Shown piece by piece: positions 11,301 through 20,341 of a DNA stretch of 64,000 bases. A program made the position numbers and the translations under genes. The DNA is taken from IMG/VR virus record IMGVR_UViG_3300028797_000103, positions 87,685 to 151,684 of that record; one strand, written 5' to 3'. The DNA is from a virus. Lineage: Duplodnaviria > Heunggongvirae > Uroviricota > Caudoviricetes. The number at the start of each line of letters is the position of its first letter. The first letter of the stretch is position 1. The notes under the pieces are model-generated. The model worked only from the letters and a program-made list of their open reading frames with translations. It was not told where the DNA came from and did not search any database.

Positions 11301-12870
11301 TTCTAAATATTATTTCAGCTGTAAATCCATCCTGAAGTGAATTTATTTGACTTAGAGGATTATAGTTAACGCCATTTCTCTTCAATATGCCGTAAGATTC
11401 TCCAGTGAACTTAAGCATTTTTTCACCTTCTTGATCGTCTGGAAGAGTTTCATCTACATTTTTCCAGCCATTCGTTGTATAGTTTAAGTTGTGAAGTTCG
11501 AAATATATTCCATTCCCGTGAGGGCTACTATTTTCCCATATTCCGGTTTTGTCTCGGTCGTTTGCGTTACTCTTACCGTCTGCTTCAAAATCGCAAATTA
11601 GAGAGTCATCTGAAATCAAGTTCCAGTTTGTTGTATATACATCTACCTTTACATGGATTTCAACACTATCGTGAGTTATAGGAGATGGGGTTCCTTCTCT
11701 TGATGTTGCCCACATTCTTATGATATAATCGCCCGCTTCTGTTATTTTACCAAGCGACCAATAGTTTGTCTGGTTTACATTAACATCTCTTGCAAGTGAT
11801 ACGCCTTCAACGATTGTCGTTGCTTCCCATTTTTTAAGACTTGAATTGTATACTGCGTGATACAAGCTTCCGTTAGCTTTAAGTGTATTTGTGTGTACAT
11901 CACCACAAACTATCGTAAATGGAACAGAAACAACGGTGTTTGTATCGGCGGTCTTTTCCGTTACGGTGCTGTTCAAAACGAAGTCATTTGCGTTAAGCAA
12001 TGAGAATGGGTAGACAATGTTTGTCGTCAATTCGCCCTCACTTTCATCGTCCGGCGTGTCTCCAGTAAACGCAAACAATCTTAAAGCATAATTACCCCAG
12101 TTCGGTATGACTCCTATATCCCAGCTTTGTGCGGTAAGACTATATGGCACTTCACCACTTCCTTCTTTAGTGAAACTTAATAATCTTCCGGCTGCGTTTG
12201 TTATTATGTTTCCTTGAGAATCAACAACCTCACCGTAAACTTTTATAACCTTTGATGTATCAGCAACAGACGCGTTATACACTATGGATATTTCGCTTTG
12301 AGTGTTTAAATGCTCGTGTTCTAATATATAATCAAAGTTTGATGATAATTTGATTCCACCGGTGATGACAGTAAATGAGAGAATTTCTGGTGCAGGAACG
12401 CCAAATCCATCGACGGCTGTAACTGTAAACGTTGATGTTCCCTCTATGTTCATTTCACCAAGATTGAGAGTAACGTAACCTTTTGGGGATGAAAACTCTT
12501 TTGTCGTTCCCATTCCTTCGACTTTAACCGTACAGTTACCAAAGTTTGGAGATTTAAAGAATACTGTTATCGTTAAAACCTCTCCGGTATCTTTTTTTAT
12601 TGTTACTCCCTCTGGATTTATATCTGTATATTTTAGTTGTGGTTGTTCACCAACAAGTTTCTTAACGAGACCGGAATCCGTTACGTCTTCTTTCCACCAA
12701 TACTCTACAACACCATCTTCTGTCAGTATTGCGACCGTTCTTCCTAAAACTCTTCGTTGAGCAGGTATCTGTGTACACGCTTCCTGAACACTTTCAAATG
12801 GACCATACAATGCGTCAATATTTGCGCATTTGCTTCTTACATCAAGACGTTGAGAAAAATTTGTTGACAT
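5326..12870 (-). CDS. giant virion-associated protein (2514 aa) with LamG/concanavalin-like, leucine-rich-repeat and BspA-type repeat regions
   Basis: A single ORF. The motif AIRFYNRALRASEV is typical of LamG-like jelly-roll domains. Classic LRRs are present (LxxLxLSxN...). Many repeats of the form F(K/N/E)(G/N)C(T/S)S(I/L)(T/S)G resemble BspA-like LRR_5. Confidence 0.55.
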   Translation of the reverse strand: MSTNFSQRLDVRSKCANIDALYGPFESVQEACTQIPAQRRVLGRTVAILTEDGVVEYWWKEDVTDSGLVKKLVGEQPQLKYTDINPEGVTIKKDTGEVLTITVFFKSPNFGNCTVKVEGMGTTKEFSSPKGYVTLNLGEMNIEGTSTFTVTAVDGFGVPAPEILSFTVITGGIKLSSNFDYILEHEHLNTQSEISIVYNASVADTSKVIKVYGEVVDSQGNIITNAAGRLLSFTKEGSGEVPYSLTAQSWDIGVIPNWGNYALRLFAFTGDTPDDESEGELTTNIVYPFSLLNANDFVLNSTVTEKTADTNTVVSVPFTIVCGDVHTNTLKANGSLYHAVYNSSLKKWEATTIVEGVSLARDVNVNQTNYWSLGKITEAGDYIIRMWATSREGTPSPITHDSVEIHVKVDVYTTNWNLISDDSLICDFEADGKSNANDRDKTGIWENSSPHGNGIYFELHNLNYTTNGWKNVDETLPDDQEGEKMLKFTGESYGILKRNGVNYNPLSQINSLQDGFTAEIIFRTRCIGELENKVMTSHIGNGTNSAGFSASYDTLSLGNTSAQIKYDVSEDEWIHATFVIDKQIHTEVSDVQDYAPERLMTIYVNGSMCTAAILTNEMIFESFAPTVLLNSATNPTNNNIDYFGQCEIKAIRFYNRALRASEVNNNYIVSHYTDEEKERINGRNLDVLPIVEFININATEGRTAKEIKDNIELVPFSELNKMKIKAEQKKRYAHAKIVYKEPGEDSVVWPHCFVQTQGTSSLAYPVKNYKITLYTDENYKDKYKVKVQDGWKKESKFTLKCDFMEAAHLNNTPTCMFYNDMIDALVETGDIATGWNSDHTVYTAANDHRSPARRDGMFDAIKGFPCIVKYYESEADYYDTDTDKGVYVGTYMFNIDKSGKSLGFDAPAKYDTDGETEIQVDNPRAVAGVYPNYDPSKSYEEGERCTYDGAVYEAADETTAGEFDPEEWGPVSPRVSNIMQSFEGVANKSNSAGCFYSFADYCATAYRDDYCLTAYNLWLEYYWYPSHEEQYEAWKRSHLGTEVTLKQYVDENYPAMDLDAFIETYAGQDTPFVENYEGESPYKREGTNNLYLLAEEDYEVPYKDEYEYFAQDYEMRYDWDDIEEGEKEFWGDSTWGLKRMIDWVSEASKNLTTFKNEFSNYFIFEYCAIYYLQMMLFGQVDNAGKNSMWDTWDGLHWIPRPYDLDSQAGLDNTGFEIIKEDAELIEDLSPFKNINNTPIAGKYFDNIAANAKERYLSYNTRTSKFWIAFATAFRTEINALYGKIRNYGIYSIDNISAKYLANTSDIIGEAYYNRDMTTKFYKLSDIGEYISRMHGNRVQKFKSWMKNRLIYCDTLFDYHNETDSLNGSIGFRSDAVTGTTGTYVFLGVKTYSPQYVRITVGTDEADLEGYCSRDSRYRDPYTQEIKEGLLFQIPITSGNKEMFISGAGGIREFENLSEIKPSSLILGAATRLTRLDLSGTVKLTTLSLLKNKFLRYLNCNGCTRLGTEASGAQLNLSNCENLKEVYLDDTKLTSIAFPVGGALKTVSAKNSNITGIGLSSCQFLSSVDVSGCEYISSYVIDNCPSLTSIVADELPIVTVNITDCDSIKSISLKSNSRIDTLVIDRCSSLEELYFNNNRSAGLRTLNLSAIDGLKTIVLTGSVIENIRFASNIGDTLRTLSMSQSNIKNIAYDTNEFDGVDMLNLGSLTSLSFYNCVNIEKILNLNYTGSCANLFRSCNKLQSVSGSLTCNGSASSMFAYCYVLADTSGLVLNFVNCTSLSSAFNSCYDVPLAQIKRFLDSCGESLTDISSLCHSKKGTKTGDEYTVIPANFFGNCKKVTSMSSCFWGAGITSIHANAFKNSSGSTGLSECTTASTAFGGNSATLTSIPSNIFTFFPKLKTANAMFSGDTNLVFTLTSTIFNSCPDLENAAAMFSGCTKITIAKTDNVIAKIFASNTKLKNIDGIFNGCTSITGIVPEGFFSSNTLLETAAAAFKSTKIQSLTENSIFRASGDTTTVFSKLTNLSGMFANCSSLVFVPTANLFAGASKVTSIGNKSTSTYTGGSYNSGGLFEGCVGIILINPDVFKTMPLLQNVSQVFKDCTSLTAYSTQDGTVTKDLFSTHTNINNVKGLFNGCTSLNISVMPNFFEGSKTKITDASELFKGCTSISGFSNDILSGMTKLVYAYDAFNGCSSLDIDASELDVFDGCEKLENVSSCFKGCEGITGRLQSTLFDSCRSTLINTSSMFENCKNMTGIDVGTEDIDPENPKLGLLAECVKLTTAKAMFKNCNKLSGKIPWDMFWTETSDRRYTTLTNISEMFFDCGLNEPTKYENIDYFVHPEFFSKLVSVADVSFMFRLTYSFRANVDNHTWTQPYPISNNTFDGLYKLETIQQMFCYNPGLGGTISNTWFKNSLTSLVNAFGAFSRTKITGVSEQFLRTGSSATNRKLKYAGKMFYDCPTIDGNMPRVDMAAAFSAIDHSSSQGISGYCYNCTNADNYDSIRNNNVIAVQYEQNWY

Positions 12871-12871
12871 A

Positions 12872-13642
12872 TTATTTTGTTGTTCCTGTTACTTTTATTG
12901 TGCATTGCATATCCAAAGGAATTCCAGAATCGAGAGTATATTCGAGAACTTTATAGGTTATGCCGTTTATAGATGTTGTTGCTAACTGTGTGAATAGTTC
13001 GGTCTGGTGTTCCTGTGTGACAACGGCAACAACGTCTGATAATGTTTGATCGGATGCAATTGCTATGTAATGATAAACTTTGTTGAAATTTGAGTTTACT
13101 GACAACTTATCTGTTGATGGTAATCCCATAACTCTGCTTCTTAAGTTCCCATCGTTTACAAATTTAGTATCAGATCCTCCGTAATAATATACGTTTACAA
13201 GTTTCTTTTCTGTTGGTGTAGGAGTCACGCCGCCCTCGTCTATTATCTTTTGAATCGCATCTACTTGATTTTTTAAAGCTACGAATTCTGGTCTCGTCAC
13301 ATAATTTGCCGGATCCAAGCTTTCAGGCGTTGCGTCTGGTATCGGAGATTCTTCTGAGCCTTCGCACAAGACAGCGTAATATCTTCTGTCTGCAACTTGC
13401 ATACTTAAAGAGTCGCAATGTATTTTCCAGCCAGCGTTTAGAGTAAAAGCTTTAACTAAGTTTCTTTCGTCGAGCTCAACTTCACAAGGAGCGAGTTTGT
13501 TACCAGAAACTGTTGATATAAACGCACTCCCATAGTATGTTACGATATTATATATAGAATAGCCGGAACCGTTGTTATAGCCGTCTACCCAATCTCCGAC
13601 ATAAACCGGAAGATTTCCCAAGTCTATTTGATTTACAGCCAT
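12872..13642 (-). CDS. hypothetical protein (structural gene neighbourhood)
   Basis: 256-aa ORF directly downstream of the giant gene on the same strand. Confidence 0.4.
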   Translation of the reverse strand: MAVNQIDLGNLPVYVGDWVDGYNNGSGYSIYNIVTYYGSAFISTVSGNKLAPCEVELDERNLVKAFTLNAGWKIHCDSLSMQVADRRYYAVLCEGSEESPIPDATPESLDPANYVTRPEFVALKNQVDAIQKIIDEGGVTPTPTEKKLVNVYYYGGSDTKFVNDGNLRSRVMGLPSTDKLSVNSNFNKVYHYIAIASDQTLSDVVAVVTQEHQTELFTQLATTSINGITYKVLEYTLDSGIPLDMQCTIKVTGTTK

Positions 13643-13643
13643 G

Positions 13644-14156
13644 TTATTGTGTTGTTATATATACATTTTTTTCTGTTATCTTTCCTCCGGTAATACCAGA
13701 TTTATCGTTGGTGTTTAAAAGAAGTTTTCCACTGTTTGATATTCCTCCGCACCTGTTGTCTTCAATGTGTAACGCTTCGTTTTCTTTTATGTCTGACTCA
13801 TCTCTAGACGATGCGTAGACTTTTCCGGTTAGTACATCGAAGTTTAATTTGAATTCGGTTCTATCAGATATTTGTTGCTGGTGTTCTTCTTGTTCGGACT
13901 CTTCTCGTTTTCGTTCTTCAACATATGCTTTTTCAACATACGTTAGTCCAACAGTATCTAGAAATATTTTTCTATTTACACTAACGTCGTATTTCCCCCA
14001 GTCTATCTGAGCTCCGGGATTTTTCCAAGCGTCTCCAACAATTTGCAAACCATCATCATTAAGATACTTGCTGGAATCCCAATCTACATCACTTGGATTT
14101 CCATTTACAATGTATCTTAACCCTCCAGTATTGAGAAACGTTGAAGCATCTTGCAT
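13644..14156 (-). CDS. hypothetical protein
   Basis: 170-aa ORF in the same operon-like run. Confidence 0.4.
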   Translation of the reverse strand: MQDASTFLNTGGLRYIVNGNPSDVDWDSSKYLNDDGLQIVGDAWKNPGAQIDWGKYDVSVNRKIFLDTVGLTYVEKAYVEERKREESEQEEHQQQISDRTEFKLNFDVLTGKVYASSRDESDIKENEALHIEDNRCGGISNSGKLLLNTNDKSGITGGKITEKNVYITTQ

Positions 14157-14175
14157 CAGTTAAATAAAGTTGTTT

Positions 14176-14961
14176 TTATTCAGATGGTTCTTCTTCTATT
14201 TCTGCTACAGGAAGTCTATCGTCTAATATCTGACAGATTCCATTAAATGTGCTTGAGTCTGCAACAAGCGTTTCTTTCAGTTCTGCAAGAGTGCTAGAAT
14301 CTGCAATAGCAACATCTTTCATTTCTGCAAGAGTGCTAGAGTCTGTCGCCAACGTCTCTTTTATCTCGGATAGCGTGCTTGAGTCTGCAACAGCAGCATC
14401 TTTCAGTTCTGAAAGCACACTTGAATCGGCAGCGAGGATTTCTTTTATCTCGGATAGCGTACTTGAGTCTGCAACAGCAGCATCTTTCATATCCGATAGA
14501 GATTGATTGATTCCCTCATAAATGCTTGAGTCAGATGCAAGTGTTTCCTTTAATTCAGAAACCTCATTAACAAGAGACTCCAGAACAGAAACTAGTGTTT
14601 TTCCACCAGAGATATCTTCTATCGCTTCATCTACGATTTTTATCGCATCTTTAAGAGAGATCTCTCCGTAAGTTTCACCGTTGAATTCAAAGTCTTTTAT
14701 TGTAGCCTGATCAAGAATGGTGTCGCTTGTGAGAAGGTTACTCGTGAATAGAACAGAACCGTTCATAGAACCAGTTCCCATCAAAGTGTAAACGTCTCTT
14801 GATGTTACAGACGGGTCGCTTTTAGCTGGATACCAGAAAGGAACAATTGCGCTCTCACCATAAGCAAGCTTCATGTTATAGATTATGCTTCTGGCAACGT
14901 CTATGCTGTCAACGATTTCTCTATATGCGTTGTATTTTAAGTTATCACATCTATTATCCAT
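14176..14961 (-). CDS. hypothetical protein with internal 13-aa tandem repeats (DSSTLSEIKETLA-like)
   Basis: About eight repeats of ADSSTLSE(I/L/M)K(D/E)xxA are visible in the translation. Confidence 0.45.
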   Translation of the reverse strand: MDNRCDNLKYNAYREIVDSIDVARSIIYNMKLAYGESAIVPFWYPAKSDPSVTSRDVYTLMGTGSMNGSVLFTSNLLTSDTILDQATIKDFEFNGETYGEISLKDAIKIVDEAIEDISGGKTLVSVLESLVNEVSELKETLASDSSIYEGINQSLSDMKDAAVADSSTLSEIKEILAADSSVLSELKDAAVADSSTLSEIKETLATDSSTLAEMKDVAIADSSTLAELKETLVADSSTFNGICQILDDRLPVAEIEEEPSE

Positions 14962-14980
14962 AGTATAATCTTAGTTGTTT

Positions 14981-15847
14981 TTAAGCTGTCAATTCGCTTG
15001 CAATTTCGTCTATGATGATATTGTCAAATGTAAGTACACCGTAGTCGAAGTATTTCTTGAAGTTTACGATTTCGCTAAGGTTGTATAGTGGGGCATATTC
15101 GTGAATATCATCTTCGTCTGGTTCTCCAAATATAATTCCATTCTCATCAAAGAATACGAGCGTTTCTTCTCCGGCATCTCCGTCTTCAATAGCCTTTTCT
15201 ATTGCACTCTTAATAAGTTCGGCGGCTTCCTTTGGTGAACTCAATGCGAAATCTTGTTCAACCGTTACGCTTTCGTCAAGTCCTTCGTCATCATAATCGT
15301 CTTCATCATCTGTTGATGATGTTTCGAGGTCGATTTCAATATTAACGAACGCTTTCTTAAAGGCTGGATCCCATATATCATTACCGCTCTCTGCGTTTCC
15401 AACGAGAATAACTCTCCACCCCGGAGCTACAAACAATTTGTCAGATGTACCAACAGCCATAGCAATAAGAGCTTTTGCTAGCTCTTTCTGCTCTATTGTT
15501 GTTGTTCTGATGCTAATAAGAAGTACGCCTTCGCTATCATCTTCTGCCGCGAGGTCGTCGCTGTCATAGATGTGAGTTGCGTCAGAAAGCAAATTGTCAA
15601 TAGTAGTGTTCCAACCGATTGAAACTAATCCTAATCCAACGCTTCCATATTTTTCGGTTACGAAATTTTCTATATAAGACGTGGTTCTGTTGCCAGACAT
15701 CTGCCATATAAACAAAGGAGTGGTTGTTTTCCCTTCGATATATGATGCCAATAATTTTTGGAATTTATCTTCTTTCTTGATGTATTTGAAGCTATCCAAA
15801 CGTTCGTCATCGAATGACTTTACAGCTGATTCAAAAATGCTTTTCAT
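14981..15847 (-). CDS. acidic hypothetical protein
   Basis: 288 aa with an Asp/Glu-rich C-terminal half. Confidence 0.4.
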   Translation of the reverse strand: MKSIFESAVKSFDDERLDSFKYIKKEDKFQKLLASYIEGKTTTPLFIWQMSGNRTTSYIENFVTEKYGSVGLGLVSIGWNTTIDNLLSDATHIYDSDDLAAEDDSEGVLLISIRTTTIEQKELAKALIAMAVGTSDKLFVAPGWRVILVGNAESGNDIWDPAFKKAFVNIEIDLETSSTDDEDDYDDEGLDESVTVEQDFALSSPKEAAELIKSAIEKAIEDGDAGEETLVFFDENGIIFGEPDEDDIHEYAPLYNLSEIVNFKKYFDYGVLTFDNIIIDEIASELTA

Positions 15848-15954
15848 TATTTTATTAAACTATAGTTTTCCTTTATCTATTTATTTTGAACTTTGTCTGG
15901 CATTTGTCCGAAGCGTAAGTTTTCAAAAATGTTTTTATATTACAAAGTTTTTCA

Positions 15955-15967
15955 GTATATTTGCAAA
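15955..15967 (+). promoter_or_regulatory. conserved promoter box gTATATTTGcaa (Bacteroides -7 TAnnTTTG type)
   Basis: Identical 13-mers recur upstream of many genes. This copy lies 23 nt upstream of the Dam start codon. Confidence 0.6.
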
Positions 15968-15989
15968 TGAAATTTACAACATTGATTAT

Positions 15990-16913
15990 ATGTCAAAACC
16001 TTTTCTAAAGTGGGCTGGTGGAAAAACGCAGCTGCTTCCGGAAATAACAGCAATAGTAGATTCAATGAGAGATTCATCTGAATCTTTTATATATGTCGAG
16101 CCTTTTGTTGGTGGAGGTTCAGTGCTTTTTAATCTTCTCGATAACTGTTCAAATTTAAAGTTCGCAATCATAAACGACATGAACAGAGATTTGATGAACT
16201 GTTACAGAATCATCGCAGACAATGACAAATACATACATCTAAAAAACAGGCTCCTTGAGATAGAAACTGAATACAACCATAAGACGTATGATGAAAAGAA
16301 ACAGATGTATTCCGACATTAGGGACGAATATAACAAAAGAAATTCGAGCGATATTGTTGATCCTGTTGAAATTTCTGCAATGTTTATATTCCTTAATAAG
16401 TGTGGATTCAACGGAATGTATAGGGAGAACAAGTCTGGAGAATATAACATTCCTTGGGGACAGAAAGATTACATAAACCTTTTCGATGAATATAATTTTG
16501 ACAGATGTCACGTCCTCCTGAACGAAAAGGTTGTAATTCTTGATGGAGATTATTCTAAAACGGGTGTAGCATTCGACTTAGCAAGGGTTAACGGAGCAGA
16601 CCTCATCTTTTACATTGACCCTCCATATAGACCAGTGTCGTCGTCGAGTTCTTTTACGAGTTATGTTTCAGGTGGATTTGGAGACAAAGAACAGGAAGAA
16701 TTGAAACTGTTTTGTGACAATATAGATTCATTCGGTGGAAAGTTTATAGTCAGCAATTCAAAATCGGAGGACTTTTTCGATAAACTTTATTCCGGTTATC
16801 ACATTGATGTTGTTGAGGCTAGACGAAACATAAATTCGATAGGTAGTAAGAGAGGTAAGGTTGAAGAGATCCTTATATATAACGAGGAAAAGAAAAGCAA
16901 CGCGTTGTTCTAA
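15990..16913 (+). CDS. dam: DNA adenine methyltransferase (Dam-like, GATC family)
   Basis: MSKPFLKWAGGKTQLL at the N-terminus, FVGGGSV (SAM-binding) and DPPY. The start was chosen at 15990, downstream of the promoter box, rather than at the longer track ORF. Confidence 0.75.
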   Translation: MSKPFLKWAGGKTQLLPEITAIVDSMRDSSESFIYVEPFVGGGSVLFNLLDNCSNLKFAIINDMNRDLMNCYRIIADNDKYIHLKNRLLEIETEYNHKTYDEKKQMYSDIRDEYNKRNSSDIVDPVEISAMFIFLNKCGFNGMYRENKSGEYNIPWGQKDYINLFDEYNFDRCHVLLNEKVVILDGDYSKTGVAFDLARVNGADLIFYIDPPYRPVSSSSSFTSYVSGGFGDKEQEELKLFCDNIDSFGGKFIVSNSKSEDFFDKLYSGYHIDVVEARRNINSIGSKRGKVEEILIYNEEKKSNALF

Positions 16914-17353
16914 TGGCAGATACAAAGGCAAAGAAACTGAAGGGTCAAAAGAAAGAAGCCCCGGACTCAAACAAAATAGATGAGAATCCGCTATTGAGGG
17001 TTGACAACAGGGTTGATTTTGAAATAGAAACCGGGAATCTTCTTCAAGACCCCGGTAAATTGATATATAATGGATTTGATAACTTTGATTTAAAGAAAGA
17101 AAAGGATCACTTCGACCTCAGTAAACTTTCTGATGATACGAAAATAGTTGTAGTTTTAAGGTATTACGAATATCTAAGTATAGCTACATTCAAATTCTCG
17201 TTCGTTGTCCCTATATTGCAATCTGGATTAAGCATGAGGGATTGCTTCGAAATGATAAAACATTCGTTGAGGAACAAACTTCTATTAAACGCTCCTTCAT
17301 TCGATACTATATTTGAACCAGAGTTTCAGTATATAGGTAAAATAAAATATTGA
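16913..17353 (+). CDS. hypothetical protein
   Basis: 146-aa ORF translationally coupled to dam. Confidence 0.4.
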   Translation: MADTKAKKLKGQKKEAPDSNKIDENPLLRVDNRVDFEIETGNLLQDPGKLIYNGFDNFDLKKEKDHFDLSKLSDDTKIVVVLRYYEYLSIATFKFSFVVPILQSGLSMRDCFEMIKHSLRNKLLLNAPSFDTIFEPEFQYIGKIKY

Positions 17354-17380
17354 GTGTCAACCTGACACTCAATATTTTTA
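17345..17380. terminator. bidirectional terminator / 16-bp perfect inverted repeat
   Basis: aaaatattgagtgtca-acc-tgacactcaatatttt lies between convergent genes. Confidence 0.6.
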
Positions 17381-18994
17381 GAACGGTTCAAATTCAAGTC
17401 TAATTCCTGTTCCACCGGATCCGCCATAATAAATGTCTAAATAATACAAGTTTTCTGTATTATCTTCTCTTGCAAACGTAAAATGGGCGTTTTCGTTTAC
17501 AGTGTCAACACCATATTCCCTACATTGGTATAAATTATGAGTTATAGTTCCATCACTTGTTGTAAAAAGATCAAAGGTTGCGTTTGAAAAATAATTAACA
17601 ATATCGTTGTAAATTCCATCTAGGTCTGACTGCTGTTTTATACTTTGACCTAAAGAATTCATAATGTTGGTATATAAAGTATATATTATATTTTGACCGT
17701 CGTGGTCGTATATATGAACAACAGCACTGTCTAATCCGAATCTTCCGTTATACAAATCCAAATTAAGGGTGATTGGTGTGCCCCATCCGGTGTAAACATT
17801 TAGCGATGTTACTATTCTTCTTGGCCCGGTTCCACCAACAAGAGAGTTTAAATATGTGGCTAAGTCGGTTTTTTGTGATAATGCCGATGCTGTCCCTTCC
17901 GTTCCATCGACACCTCCTATTCCCGGAATGTAATGTTTTCCATCAGCTGTAATGACATGAGCATTTTTTCTTACACTCAATGATGAGCCTATGCCAACAG
18001 TATGGCGAGTCACGTTTGGTATCGATATATTAAAGGATCCTTCAGCGTGTTCGTAATCGTTGAGTGCTTTTGTGAAATTTCCTTCTGCGTGGCTTTGTGT
18101 GCCAATAGCTTCCCCACCAGCGCCCTCAACGTGAGAATAGTTACCAATCGCAAGAGAATTAAAACCTTCAGCGTGAGCCGCGTTTCCCTTAGCAAGAGTA
18201 TACTTGTTGTTGGCTGTTTCCCAGTTTAATATTATGGATGCATCCGGACTACCAGCTATTGCATCTGACACCTTTGCTTTTGAACGTCCTTCAGTGTGAG
18301 AATTTGCACCAAAAGCATATGTTTGGAGTCCTTCTGCGTGGGATTCTAAACCATATGCCGTGTTTGTGCTGCCTTCAGAATGGCTTTGTGACCCCCATGC
18401 GATATTGTTTGCGCCCTCAACGTGCGAGTAGTCTCCGAGGGAAAGTCCGTTGAATCCTTCTGCGTGGCTTGAATGACCTTTAGCCATAGCGAATTTTGTC
18501 GAATTCCAATCCGATACAACACCAGACGCATCTTTTGCTGCTGTTGTTTCAGATGCCTTTGACTGTGACCGCCCCTCTATATGTGAATTCGCTCCGAATG
18601 CATATGTTTTATAACCTTCTGCATGAGAGTTTTCTCCCTCAGATGTTGCATTATCACCCTCTGCGTGCGAATCATCACCAACGGCATACGTGTAATTTCC
18701 TTCAGCATGGGAATTGTTTCCTTCGGCTACGGTGTCAAGACCTTCTGAATGAGAGGAATCACCGGTAGCATGTGTTGTGTCTCCTTCAGCATGAGATGCA
18801 AACCCACCGGAATCTGTATCAGATCCTTCTGAAACAGATAGTTCCCCGTGCGCATCATTCGAACCATGTTTTTGTTGAGCGCTGTCCGTTCCGCGTCCCT
18901 TTTCAAAAACAACATCAGCTTTGCGTGCAAATAAATTATCTACGTTATAAAAGAAACGTGATAATGCGGCTAAAAGTGTTTCTTTTGTTATCAT
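17378..18994 (-). CDS. tail-fibre-like protein with xHAEG repeats (paralog 2)
   Basis: SHAEG/SHVEG repeats. The C-terminus (RKNAHVITADGKHYIPGIGGVDG) is conserved with the 3324-5300 product. Confidence 0.5.
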   Translation of the reverse strand: MITKETLLAALSRFFYNVDNLFARKADVVFEKGRGTDSAQQKHGSNDAHGELSVSEGSDTDSGGFASHAEGDTTHATGDSSHSEGLDTVAEGNNSHAEGNYTYAVGDDSHAEGDNATSEGENSHAEGYKTYAFGANSHIEGRSQSKASETTAAKDASGVVSDWNSTKFAMAKGHSSHAEGFNGLSLGDYSHVEGANNIAWGSQSHSEGSTNTAYGLESHAEGLQTYAFGANSHTEGRSKAKVSDAIAGSPDASIILNWETANNKYTLAKGNAAHAEGFNSLAIGNYSHVEGAGGEAIGTQSHAEGNFTKALNDYEHAEGSFNISIPNVTRHTVGIGSSLSVRKNAHVITADGKHYIPGIGGVDGTEGTASALSQKTDLATYLNSLVGGTGPRRIVTSLNVYTGWGTPITLNLDLYNGRFGLDSAVVHIYDHDGQNIIYTLYTNIMNSLGQSIKQQSDLDGIYNDIVNYFSNATFDLFTTSDGTITHNLYQCREYGVDTVNENAHFTFAREDNTENLYYLDIYYGGSGGTGIRLEFEPF

Positions 18995-18995
18995 A

Positions 18996-19829
18996 TTATA
19001 TTAAGCTTATTGCGCTTTTATAGTTTTCGTTTATCAAAACGTTGTCATCTTTTGTTAACATATTTGATATTTTGTTTATAACAGGAATTGTCCATTTTGA
19101 TTTTGAATGAAAGTGTGCAAATCCGATTTGTTCGTCACAAAAATATCTTATGTTTTTATCGTCTGTCGGATATTTATAGTTCGTTGCTTTTTGTTCTGCC
19201 ACAAAATCCGATCTATATCCATATTTATCAACAAGAGACGGAAGAAATGACTGTTCAAGCAAGAAATCAATCGTACATCTTATGTTTTTATTGCTATATA
19301 TGTCAATCGCTTCAAAATAATTGTCAATAAACTCTTTTTTGAGCGATTCGTTGTTAAAACCAATTACGCCAACACAATATGGATGCATCGATAAATCAAT
19401 TTCCCTCATTCTAGACGGGGTCCCGTTTTCGATTAAGATTTTTCTCTCTTTAGAATATCTTACAATCTCATCGTGTCTCATTTGGACCAAAACATCCCAC
19501 CCGTCTTTTGGACATATACATGGTTTGTCTATGATGATGTCATAATCAAGATGAATTGTTCCAAGCTCCTCGTTTCTTAGTGCAAAATATTTTATTGCGG
19601 CAAACATTTCTGGATTTACCTTGTCTGGAATATCAAGAACGACGACATCATCGTAAGGAAACCCTTTTACTATTTTTGAACCAAGCGCGTCTGTATACAG
19701 AACAAGATCATATCCTTGTTTTTTTATTGATTTTGCAGACGCATACATCATTTTCATCGTTAGATACAAATGAGATTTGTTCATTGGTTTTGTCCAAAAC
19801 GTTTGTATTATTTTATTCGTCTCGTTCAT
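18996..19829 (-). CDS. hypothetical protein (possible glycosyltransferase-like)
   Basis: 277 aa with a DYD motif. It lies between fibre paralogs next to a methyltransferase. Confidence 0.3.
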   Translation of the reverse strand: MNETNKIIQTFWTKPMNKSHLYLTMKMMYASAKSIKKQGYDLVLYTDALGSKIVKGFPYDDVVVLDIPDKVNPEMFAAIKYFALRNEELGTIHLDYDIIIDKPCICPKDGWDVLVQMRHDEIVRYSKERKILIENGTPSRMREIDLSMHPYCVGVIGFNNESLKKEFIDNYFEAIDIYSNKNIRCTIDFLLEQSFLPSLVDKYGYRSDFVAEQKATNYKYPTDDKNIRYFCDEQIGFAHFHSKSKWTIPVINKISNMLTKDDNVLINENYKSAISLI

Positions 19830-20341
19830 TGTTCATCACATTTGATATAATATCCGTATAAATTGTTTCCGTATAGAAGTTTTAGTTTCGGGTATCTATC
19901 GGCTACAACATCTTTCGTCAAGTCGTTTTGTATGTGTATTTCATGAACATTTTGGTTTCCTGCTCCACTGCTTAATAGATAAGGGACGGCTACAATAAGA
20001 TTTTTACATCTATCATATGCATAATCAATAACTTTTTGAGCATCTTGAACTGTCATATGTTCAATCACATCGCCGAATATAATCAAATCATAAAACGAAT
20101 ATTCAAAATTTATGATATCAACATTAAAGCAACGTCTATATTTTTCTAAGAGATTGTAATAATATATGTTAGACTCATATATCTCTACCGCGTCAATGTT
20201 TTTATACCATTTACCTAGAAGATTGTAATATGTTCCGCTTCCAGCACCAACGTCTAAAATTTCTGAATCTTTTTTAAAATTCTTATAAATCCAAGACGCT
20301 ACATTTGGCTTAAAGAAATTGTATGAGGATGCTCTATCCAC
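19826..20341 (-). CDS. class I SAM-dependent methyltransferase
   Basis: Motif I ILDVGAGSG and motif post-II IIFGDVIEH are present. Confidence 0.6.
   Translation of the reverse strand: MDRASSYNFFKPNVASWIYKNFKKDSEILDVGAGSGTYYNLLGKWYKNIDAVEIYESNIYYYNLLEKYRRCFNVDIINFEYSFYDLIIFGDVIEHMTVQDAQKVIDYAYDRCKNLIVAVPYLLSSGAGNQNVHEIHIQNDLTKDVVADRYPKLKLLYGNNLYGYYIKCDEQ

Noticed and set aside
5876-12870. Numerous 60-226-aa plus-strand ORFs inside the giant minus-strand gene, including 5876-6556, 6731-7312 and 8213-8800.
   Set aside because: They are antisense to a continuous 7.5-kb ORF with clear domain content. Their Ser/Leu/Phe-rich low-complexity translations are typical of antisense frames.
15681-15989. 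A longer N-terminal extension of the Dam methyltransferase ORF (track ORF starts at 15681).
   Set aside because: The extension overlaps the upstream minus-strand gene and the conserved promoter box at 15955. The canonical Dam N-terminus MSKPFLKWAGGKTQLL begins at 15990.
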